The position numbers and the translations under genes are program-made. Positions 16,509 to 24,759 of a stretch of DNA of 35,037 nucleotides are shown piece after piece; position 1 is the first letter of the stretch; every line of letters starts with the position of its first letter. The stretch lies in assembly GCA_965649215.1 (NCBI GenBank), contig CBFGJZ010000003.1, positions 44,370 through 79,406 of the forward strand. The letters are read 5' to 3'. This DNA comes from a candidate division WOR-3 bacterium (GTDB lineage Bacteria > Hydrothermota > Tepidihabitantia > Tepidihabitantales > CAIPLT01). The notes under the pieces were generated by a model, which had not been told where the DNA came from, ran no database searches, and saw only the letters and a list, made by a program, of their open reading frames with translations.

Positions 16509-19500
16509 TTATTGAATAATAATTTTTTCTTGAGCTATAAAATTTTCATTAACAAATTTAATAAAGTAAACACCTTTGCTTAAATTTTGAACAGCAAAAG
16601 GTAATTCGTAAACCCCGATTTGTTGCTCTTGTTCAAGAATACTTTGAATTAATTCGCCCGAAGTGTTATAAACTTTAAGAGCAACCTTACCTGCTTGTGT
16701 CACCGAATATCGAATCGTCGCTGAACTCTTAATCAGAATAGGATTTATTGTTAAACCTGAATGCCTATTATTGTCAATTTCTGATTGAAGTGTGCTCAAG
16801 GTCAGAGCAGTTTTTTCGTTCGGTTTTCCAATTTCACTTATTTCACTAATGATATAAGTCCAAAACTCTTTCGTATTATTGCCTTTCAAGAGATATATCC
16901 TGCCATTGGTATAAGTAAGCGCCGCACCTGTTTTGGGATAACTTGCAGATTTGGGAATGGTTTCTAAAGGTATCCAAGTGCCATTCTGATAACACCAAAA
17001 GTCATTTCGTTTGCCACCTTTTATCGCATAAATGCGCTCACCATCTGATGTTATGCTGCCACCATCTTTAACCTTGGTCTTTTTACCAAACATCGGATGG
17101 GCTTGTGGTATTGATTCGTATTGTAAATGTGTCCATTGGTTAGAGATTGTATCATAAGCATAAAAATAATTGCATTTAGCACTACCCTTTAAAGCATAAA
17201 TCTTACCTTGCAACACAGCCAAACCACTACCATCTTTATAGGTTTTACCATCAGGAATTAATGGCGCGGGCTGTAAAGTTTGCCAACTCTTTGTTTGTGG
17301 AGTATAAGCAAAAAAGTTCGGTTCGTATTTTTTCTGATTACCCGCCAAGAGATACACTTTGCCATTTAAGTATACTATTGCCGTGCCACCTTTAAGTGCT
17401 TTATTAGTGGGTACAAAAGTATCAAAAATCCATTGGTTGCTATTAATATTAAAGCGCCATAATTCAAAAGTACTATTGCCTTTAGTGGCATAGATGGTCT
17501 GTTCCCCATCAAAACACAAAGCCGCGCCTTTGCCCGCTCGTTTTGTGTTTAATTTTAGGGGATCATTTGGTTTATAAGTAAATCGAATTGTTTCCGCATT
17601 TTGCCAGATGTCATCCGCAACAATATATTTATAGAACTCATTTGATTTATTACCACGAAAGGCATAAACGGTATTACCAACTCCTACTAATGCGCCACCA
17701 TCTTTAACAAATTTGGTTGACGATACACTTGGTATATCTGCTTTTCTTATCCACCCTGTCTGCACAATAAATGTACGCGGTTCTGTAAATTCAGACCAGT
17801 TACCGGCTGAATCTTTAGCGCGCACTAACCATTGGTAAGTTCCACGGTCAAAATTAAGAGCATAAGTTGTATCTGTCAAATAAAAACTCTCTTCGCTCTG
17901 GCCAGCAATAAGATTATAGAGCACGGCATCGGCAACTGAACTCCATATTAAAACTTGGGGACGACCCGCAATAATCGCATTATTAGCAGGTGCAATTAAA
18001 ATCGGTCGTGCAGGTGGCGTTAAATCAATTAACAACACTCGAATCTCAGAACCAACTGACCAATTACCGGCAGAATCTTTAGCACTCACTTGCCAGCGGT
18101 AAGTACCTTCGTTTAATAATTGAGTTAAAGTATGAATAGTATCAGTAATGTTAACACTCACCACCGTTGATTCTCCACTAAAAATCTTAAGATTATACAA
18201 ATCAACTCCACTTACTTGATGCCAGATAAAAGTCGGTTGACGATTATTCGTAAGTAAACTACAAACGGGTGAGATTGGCGACGGTGCAGCGGGTGCTTCG
18301 GTATCGATAATAAACTTGCGGATTTCTGAATACGGGTCTGGCGGTGCTGGTAAAGTTACCCGCACACGCCAAAAATAACTGCCTTGGGCTAATGCGTTGT
18401 TATTGCTAACAGTATAACTTGACAAATTAACTGTCTCATCCAGGAACGGACTGGTAAAATTAGAATCGTTACTAACTTGAAGCTGGTATTGATTTGCTCC
18501 GCTTATATCTTGCCAATCAAAAGTGGGGGTTGTGTCATTTATAAATTGATTTGGATACGGGCTCAAAAGATTAAGCATAATTGGATTTACCGAAAAGACC
18601 TGTTCTTGATAATTATTCAAATTTGGCAAATAAGCGATAAATTTATATTGGCCTTCCACCATTGGTGTCCAACTCAGCAGACTCACTAAAACACTATTAT
18701 TTCCTGAGAGAGCAAAGACAGTATCGCGATCTAAATAAACTAAACTATCAGCCTGATAATTAACTTTAATTTCATCAAGCAAAATTGTATTACCTCCCAA
18801 ACTTTTATTTACAAAAGCCAAATAAATTTGCTGTCCGCTGTAAGAACTTAAATTAATCACTCGTTCTTGATAATTAGTATTGCGGACACCAAAAGCATCG
18901 AGCCGGGTTATAAAACTACTCAATGCATTCGTGGTATTAGAAAGCCATACTTCCAATGAATCATTACCTACTGCGGTCGTTTTATAATAAAATCTCAACT
19001 GGTCGCCGCTCTGCACATTAATCTTAGATGAAACCAACCAGTCATCATTTCTGTGACTTCCACCTTCACTTGGGCTTGCGGCACATGCTAATCCTTGATA
19101 CGGATTACTTGTACTACGTTGCCAATAGAAATTTCCCCCATCATTATTATAAACAGTCCAACTCAAAGGTGGAAATACACTTTGCTCAAACCCTTGATAA
19201 AATCCACTTGCAGGTTTATAGATTTCAGCTTGTAACGGAATAGTTAAGGTTTGGGTAGAATTATTAACAACTCGCACTTGGGGATTAAAGCCAACTCGTT
19301 TTTCTTCATTTAGATTGGGTCGGATTATTTCTGAAATCATCACATCTTGATTCGGAACAATTGCGATTGAGTCAATATAAATATTACGGCCATTGCCACT
19401 ATAAGCATGAAAAGCAATTAAACTAATATATCCACTATCAGCTTGGAGCGATACCAAATGTTGTTGCCAACCACTACTTGGGCTATAACGATTAAATTTA

Positions 19501-22500
19501 CTAATGCGTCGCCAACTATTACCATTATCAATTGAACTTTCAATCACCAAACTATCTGGATTAGTCGATTGATTATCGTGATACATATAGAATTTCAAAC
19601 TTGCCCGCACTGAATTGATAAGGTCAACGGGTGGCATGATCAATCGACTATGTGCATTACTACTCACATTATAACTATTATACTTTGCCTGATAATTACC
19701 GTGATAAGGTGTTTGATTCGGATAAGTGCCAGCGCTGACCTTTGACCAATTGGTGCCGCCGCTAACAATCACTTGCTGTTGCCAACCAAATGGTGGGAAA
19801 CCTTCGTTTTCAAATGATTCTGTATAATAGATTGACAAAGGTGCCATAGTTGTCTTGACGACACCAGGACCATAATTAGTCACGATTCCATATTGATTTC
19901 GTGCTCGGGTTTGGAAATTATAGGCAGTATTCGGCATTAAATTATTGACGATGAGACCGTTTTGTCCGCCAAAAGTATAAAAAGTTGCCCAAACCACCGT
20001 GTCAACTAAAACTCCATTTGGATGTAAGTATTTGTCGGTTTTGGCTTGATAACTAACCCGCACGCAAAAATTAGTTAATGGAGAATTATTATTGGGATTG
20101 AGTATAAATTTCATAGTTTGAAAACCGACACTATCTAACTGGCTGACACCTGGTATTTCCGCCAATGTTGCACTATCTTTTGCACAATAACCACGATAGC
20201 CGTATTGGTTATAGGCAGAAACACGCCAATAATAATGTTGGTTGGGCACTAAATTATGAGCAGTATAATTAGTAACATTCGTGGCTACTGAATCGATATT
20301 ATTATAATTACCATTAACAATCGTATCCCATCTTATATAAAATCCCAATTCATCATTAGAATTATCGGTCCAGCTCAAACTCATTGATTGTTCCGTAACA
20401 TTACTGATGACAAGATTACTCGGTGCATTTGGCAGGGGTACGGTGGTAAACTTCCAGATTGCCGAGACAGTCATGGCTTCAGTTGGGTTGGTATCATTAA
20501 ATGCTTTAATCTGCCAATAATAATTCTTATTAGAATATAAGTTGGTATAATAATAAAAAGTATCGGTTTGCAGAGCGCTTACTTTTTGTATTGGTGGATT
20601 GACTGTATCTAACATCACATCATAATATTCCGCAGCTACAGAGGCACGCCAGATTAAATAACCATGAATGGGCACTAAAATTGCATTATTAACTGGGCTG
20701 ACCAACTCAAAGGCGGATGGCGGAACAATGTCATATTCATCCGCACCGATATCAGGGTTGGTGAGATGCCTTTCTTCACCATCAATATCTGTAATCACCG
20801 TACTAATCGGAGTGCCTTTGCGGTCAACATTTGGTGACCAGGGATTAATATGTAAGTTATTAACTGAGATAAAGTTTGGATTTTTACTGATGCTATTGGC
20901 ATCTCGACCCGAGTGCGTTTGCCATTGAGTTAAAGTTGTGCACGGAGTATTAAAATAACCAATCAACTGACCACTACTTCCGCCGGGATTAGCCACATAT
21001 AAATCATTATAATCACTATTAAAAATACCTGCGGTATTTGCCGCATAAATCGCATAATGCTTACCACCATTAGCACTCTGAGTGCGGTTATTGAAAACAA
21101 TATTATTCTTAAAATTCATACGACAGGCGTAGTTCTTATATAGCCCATATGAATTACAATTGGCGGTTAAGTTATTACCACCAATATAAATTGAGTTATA
21201 ATAGATATCAATCATCACATCGATATAAGTATTTTCAAAGATGCCATAAATCGTTGCTTGATTATTTTGGACGCTCGCGTCTAAATAGATAAAATTATTG
21301 GCAATTACGGTCGGGTTGGTGGTTGAGCCATAATACATATAAATCCCGCAGATAGTAGCATTACTTTGGGCAGTTATTAAGTCATGAATCTTATTGGCTA
21401 AGATCTTAGTGCCCGCGACAGTTAAATCTTCAATCACAATGCCGTATAAATAAGAACTCACCTGCCCTTGTTGACTATAGATATCGCATTCGGTAATCAT
21501 TGTGTTAAGACTATTATCTTTAAGATAAACTCCGCTATTGCTAAAATTATAAATCTGACATTTCTTAATGACATTGTTTGTATTTGCTCTGTTCTCAGTA
21601 CCATCAAAGAACACGCCATTTGCTGGTGTATAAGTAGTATGTTTAGTAACAATACAGTTTTCTACTAAATTATCATTATTACCGCTACTGGCATCGCTTC
21701 CACCAAAGACTAAGACACCGCTATTAACTGATGGACAACTGCCTTTAAAAACTGCATTCTTAACTTGATTATTACATGCGCCATTACTGAATCTTAGCAC
21801 CGCGCCGCTACTACTGTTCATAAATGCTACGCTATCAATAGTCACTTTAGTAATTCCATTTAAATCCACCAAGGTGACCGTGTGATTGCCACTAAATTGT
21901 GAAAATCGTCCGCTTACGGGTTTAATTACCAAAGACCAGGTACTATCTCGATATTCGACGGGTTTATTTATTACCAGCGGATAAGTCTCGCTACTAAAAA
22001 CATCGTCTAACAATTGAAAAGTAACATTACCTTTAATTACTGAATTATTCCAATTATTAATCGCATTGGTTAGATTTACAAAATCACCGCCCCCACCAAC
22101 AGTTTTAACTCCGCTTAACACTGTCCTAACTTGCAGCGTATTGGTCGTTGTATCATCCCATGGATACTGTTCGCCCGCAACACTGGCATAAGCGCGAAAA
22201 TTAATAAAACCAGCACTGGCACAAAAATACTTCTTTCGAAAAGTATATTCGGTCGAATCGCCGAGTTGTAAAGAGACAAAGCAGGTTTCATGTACCAATA
22301 CGCCATCGGTCTGATAAGATATGGGGATTGCATTTTGGGTATTATAACCATAATTTATAATTCTCACTTTTACACTTGCCGAATCGCCTTGAGCAACAAT
22401 GGTCGGGGTAAAATTAAGACCGCGCACTGCAACATCAACATTAAACAATCGCCGCTGTTCATATTCATACAAGCGGTTATTCAACGCGATCACCATTTCT

Positions 22501-23702
22501 TGCGTACTACCACCGCGATGCTTATTGATATCACCAATCCCAACGCCATACATTGGACTTGTGCTTCGGGGCATTGCTCGCATCCAAAAAGTGGTGTCTG
22601 ATTTCCAGACGATAATCGGATAATTATTATTTGTCGCATCACCAGCGGTCATTACCACCTGGTTATAATCTGCCAATTCATAGACATTACCAACACACAA
22701 TTCACCGGCTTTACCAAAACCGTCCTGATAAAAATAAGCACCTAACTGTCTTAAATTGGCAGTTCCACTATAATAATTAAAGATAAAAAGATTACCATAA
22801 GTTAGAAAATTACCGCTATTATAAACAATAATCTCATTGCCTGGCCAGGCAGGGTCAATATCACCAATCGCGACATCATCAAAAGCAAGAGAATATTGAC
22901 TCGTTGCGAAGATTTGGTTATTTGTCCAAGTTGAACCCGTCCAGCGAATCTGTTGCAAGCGTGCTTCTTGGGTTACGACGGCAATCTCGTTGCCTGCATA
23001 AAGAGAATTAAAATCACCAATCGCCACTCCGTAGCATATATAATTTGATGCCCACAAAGAATCTCTTGCCCAACTCGCGCCGCTGCGACGAACCCGATAA
23101 ACTGCATTCCGAGCTGCAACCACAATATCCATATTCCCATTATTATCGGCATCACCAATTGCAATATCTCGGATTGCACCTGGGAAAACTGCGATTGACT
23201 CTTTTGACCAACTCGTACCGTTCCACCAGGCTCGATACAATCGTGAACGACCAAGAAAAGTATCGGCTTGTCCATAAACCATATCTGTGATGCCATCGTC
23301 ATTTATATCGCCAACTGCAGCGCCCCACAAACCTTTGGCAACTGAATCAATATAGCGTCCGTTGGCGCCGTGTCGTTGCCAACCCGCAGTGGCAACTTTA
23401 AGTGGCGGATTAGTCGTTGTATCATTAAAGAGCATAGCATAGAAAGGTGCCGTTGCCATTACTGCGAAAATCCTGACCGTATCATCAGCCAAACCCTTAA
23501 AATTAGTGCCGACTGCAATATCTCTAAAAATACCACTTGGTGTCGGAGGTGGCAAAATCCGAGTCGTATCAAACCGAATTGTAATATCACTATACTCATC
23601 ATCAATCTTGGGAATGATTGGTGATTTAGTTAATTCTAACTCTTGTCCATTAAGAAAAAAAACAAACAATAAAGAGAATATTACAAAAACTTTTACTCTC
23701 AT
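16509..23702 (-). CDS. Giant secreted multidomain surface protein A (FG-GAP/VCBS propeller, CARDB-like Ig, beta-helix, FN3, two cleaved-adhesin-like domains, Ig repeats, Kelch, C-terminal sorting domain)
   Basis: 2397-aa ORF with signal peptide, AIGDxDxxGxxEI repeats, Asn/Ile/Tyr-rich beta-helix ending PDIGADEY, SWTDNSNDELGF, ESFE..FPP.GW twice, LKGNNTKEFW, GVYFIKF tail. RBS AAGGAG. Confidence 0.85.
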   Translation of the reverse strand: MRVKVFVIFSLLFVFFLNGQELELTKSPIIPKIDDEYSDITIRFDTTRILPPPTPSGIFRDIAVGTNFKGLADDTVRIFAVMATAPFYAMLFNDTTTNPPLKVATAGWQRHGANGRYIDSVAKGLWGAAVGDINDDGITDMVYGQADTFLGRSRLYRAWWNGTSWSKESIAVFPGAIRDIAIGDADNNGNMDIVVAARNAVYRVRRSGASWARDSLWASNYICYGVAIGDFNSLYAGNEIAVVTQEARLQQIRWTGSTWTNNQIFATSQYSLAFDDVAIGDIDPAWPGNEIIVYNSGNFLTYGNLFIFNYYSGTANLRQLGAYFYQDGFGKAGELCVGNVYELADYNQVVMTAGDATNNNYPIIVWKSDTTFWMRAMPRSTSPMYGVGIGDINKHRGGSTQEMVIALNNRLYEYEQRRLFNVDVAVRGLNFTPTIVAQGDSASVKVRIINYGYNTQNAIPISYQTDGVLVHETCFVSLQLGDSTEYTFRKKYFCASAGFINFRAYASVAGEQYPWDDTTTNTLQVRTVLSGVKTVGGGGDFVNLTNAINNWNNSVIKGNVTFQLLDDVFSSETYPLVINKPVEYRDSTWSLVIKPVSGRFSQFSGNHTVTLVDLNGITKVTIDSVAFMNSSSGAVLRFSNGACNNQVKNAVFKGSCPSVNSGVLVFGGSDASSGNNDNLVENCIVTKHTTYTPANGVFFDGTENRANTNNVIKKCQIYNFSNSGVYLKDNSLNTMITECDIYSQQGQVSSYLYGIVIEDLTVAGTKILANKIHDLITAQSNATICGIYMYYGSTTNPTVIANNFIYLDASVQNNQATIYGIFENTYIDVMIDIYYNSIYIGGNNLTANCNSYGLYKNYACRMNFKNNIVFNNRTQSANGGKHYAIYAANTAGIFNSDYNDLYVANPGGSSGQLIGYFNTPCTTLTQWQTHSGRDANSISKNPNFISVNNLHINPWSPNVDRKGTPISTVITDIDGEERHLTNPDIGADEYDIVPPSAFELVSPVNNAILVPIHGYLIWRASVAAEYYDVMLDTVNPPIQKVSALQTDTFYYYTNLYSNKNYYWQIKAFNDTNPTEAMTVSAIWKFTTVPLPNAPSNLVISNVTEQSMSLSWTDNSNDELGFYIRWDTIVNGNYNNIDSVATNVTNYTAHNLVPNQHYYWRVSAYNQYGYRGYCAKDSATLAEIPGVSQLDSVGFQTMKFILNPNNNSPLTNFCVRVSYQAKTDKYLHPNGVLVDTVVWATFYTFGGQNGLIVNNLMPNTAYNFQTRARNQYGIVTNYGPGVVKTTMAPLSIYYTESFENEGFPPFGWQQQVIVSGGTNWSKVSAGTYPNQTPYHGNYQAKYNSYNVSSNAHSRLIMPPVDLINSVRASLKFYMYHDNQSTNPDSLVIESSIDNGNSWRRISKFNRYSPSSGWQQHLVSLQADSGYISLIAFHAYSGNGRNIYIDSIAIVPNQDVMISEIIRPNLNEEKRVGFNPQVRVVNNSTQTLTIPLQAEIYKPASGFYQGFEQSVFPPLSWTVYNNDGGNFYWQRSTSNPYQGLACAASPSEGGSHRNDDWLVSSKINVQSGDQLRFYYKTTAVGNDSLEVWLSNTTNALSSFITRLDAFGVRNTNYQERVINLSSYSGQQIYLAFVNKSLGGNTILLDEIKVNYQADSLVYLDRDTVFALSGNNSVLVSLLSWTPMVEGQYKFIAYLPNLNNYQEQVFSVNPIMLNLLSPYPNQFINDTTPTFDWQDISGANQYQLQVSNDSNFTSPFLDETVNLSSYTVSNNNALAQGSYFWRVRVTLPAPPDPYSEIRKFIIDTEAPAAPSPISPVCSLLTNNRQPTFIWHQVSGVDLYNLKIFSGESTVVSVNITDTIHTLTQLLNEGTYRWQVSAKDSAGNWSVGSEIRVLLIDLTPPARPILIAPANNAIIAGRPQVLIWSSVADAVLYNLIAGQSEESFYLTDTTYALNFDRGTYQWLVRAKDSAGNWSEFTEPRTFIVQTGWIRKADIPSVSSTKFVKDGGALVGVGNTVYAFRGNKSNEFYKYIVADDIWQNAETIRFTYKPNDPLKLNTKRAGKGAALCFDGEQTIYATKGNSTFELWRFNINSNQWIFDTFVPTNKALKGGTAIVYLNGKVYLLAGNQKKYEPNFFAYTPQTKSWQTLQPAPLIPDGKTYKDGSGLAVLQGKIYALKGSAKCNYFYAYDTISNQWTHLQYESIPQAHPMFGKKTKVKDGGSITSDGERIYAIKGGKRNDFWCYQNGTWIPLETIPKSASYPKTGAALTYTNGRIYLLKGNNTKEFWTYIISEISEIGKPNEKTALTLSTLQSEIDNNRHSGLTINPILIKSSATIRYSVTQAGKVALKVYNTSGELIQSILEQEQQIGVYELPFAVQNLSKGVYFIKFVNENFIAQEKIIIQ

Positions 23703-23795
23703 CTAACCCAACTCCTTGTTTTTAAAAAGACAATTATGAGCATTCTAAATTTATAACTATAAAATAATATAAATAATAACTACCCTAAATAAGTA

Positions 23796-23824
23796 ATTGT
23801 ATTGATGAAATCCTAACCTGTCAA
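23796..23824 (-). promoter_or_regulatory. Sigma70-type promoter of surface protein A
   Basis: TTGACA (23824-23819), 17 nt spacer, TACAAT (23801-23796). Confidence 0.8.
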
Positions 23825-23972
23825 CTAATTTATAAGTTGTTATTAAAAATTCAAAACTAATAACTAAATAACCCTAAATAAGTTAGCCGTGTGGTAAAAA
23901 AAGATTTGATTGGCTAAATAATCATATAGTACAGGGGTGTAGATTTAAGATAGAATATTATTTACCGTATGT

Positions 23973-24114
23973 AAGATTGCCACGCCATCTTTGATGGCTC
24001 GCAATGACATTTGTGTAGTCTTGTCATTGCGAGGGAGCAAAGCGACCAAAGCAATCTTACCGACAGTCTTTCCCATTTGTCATTGCAAGGGAGCAAAGCG
24101 ACCGAAGCAATCTT
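23973..24114. repeat. REP-like palindrome cluster A (3 units)
   Basis: Units of the form GTCATTGCGAG-hairpin-G(TG/AA)GCAATCT at 23973-24009 (rev), 24022-24058 (fwd) and 24078-24114 (fwd). Confidence 0.9.
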
Positions 24115-24203
24115 ACAGACAGTAAAAAATCTAAAATCATCTCTTTGTCCTTACTTTCCTTTATGTCTTTATCTTTTTTAAGATTATAACCATAAAAGAT
24201 TCT

Positions 24204-24431
24204 TGATACCTTACTTAACCATCTAAATAACCCAGTCGGTCATCATCAAGACAATATGTTGGGCAATCGGTTATCTAACCTACTAATTAAAATAGAAGAT
24301 AATATAACAGATAACCGAATTAGTAATCTTTATAATGACATCGTCGGTCACATAATAGGTGAGCCGGGGGGCTACCTAATAGGCAACCTACAAGGTGACC
24401 TGCTAACTTAATTATCTGATAACCAACAAGG
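24204..24431 (+). repeat. Degenerate 12-nt-period tandem array, copy 2
   Basis: 19 in-phase units including taaccatctaaa, taacccagtcgg, taacctactaat, taaccgaattag, tcacataatagg, tgagccgggggg, ctacctaatagg, caacctacaagg, tgacctgctaac, taaccaacaagg. Confidence 0.75.
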
Positions 24432-24488
24432 TTAGAGTGTGCCCTGCGATTTTATAAAAGTATTTGATAAGTGTTCTGAAGTGGTTAT

Positions 24489-24696
24489 AAGATTGCCACG
24501 CTCATTTCATTCGCTCGCAATGACGCCTTGCGTTATGTCATTGCGAGGGAGTGTAACGACCGAAGCAATCTTACCGACAGTCTTTAGCAATCTCATCTTG
24601 TTACCGTATGTAAGATTGCCACGACCACTTCGTGGTCTCGCAATGACATTTGTGTAGTCTTGTCATTGCGAGGAGCGATAGCGACGAAGCAATCTT
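24489..24696. repeat. REP-like palindrome cluster B (4 units in two inverted pairs)
   Basis: Units at 24489-24525 (rev), 24536-24572 (fwd), 24612-24648 (rev) and 24661-24696 (fwd). Confidence 0.9.
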
Positions 24697-24711
24697 ACCG
24701 ACGGCATATAT

Positions 24712-24740
24712 AAAAAAACCGGGGCTCACATGAGCCCCGG
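24712..24740 (-). terminator. Intrinsic terminator of surface protein B
   Basis: CCGGGGCTCA-CA-TGAGCCCCGG stem (24719-24740) followed by a T7 tract on the minus strand. Confidence 0.9.
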
Positions 24741-24759
24741 GGTTAGATTTTTATACTTT

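Noticed and set aside
2836-24431. 12-nt arrays as a DGR template/variable repeat pair or a guide-RNA array
   Set aside because: No reverse transcriptase or effector gene in the window, differences between copies are not confined to adenines, and there is no constant-repeat/spacer alternation.
24439-24657. 72-aa ORF (RLPR..LAMT motifs)
   Set aside because: It is a translation of the palindromic repeats. The same motif appears in ORF 32461-32646.
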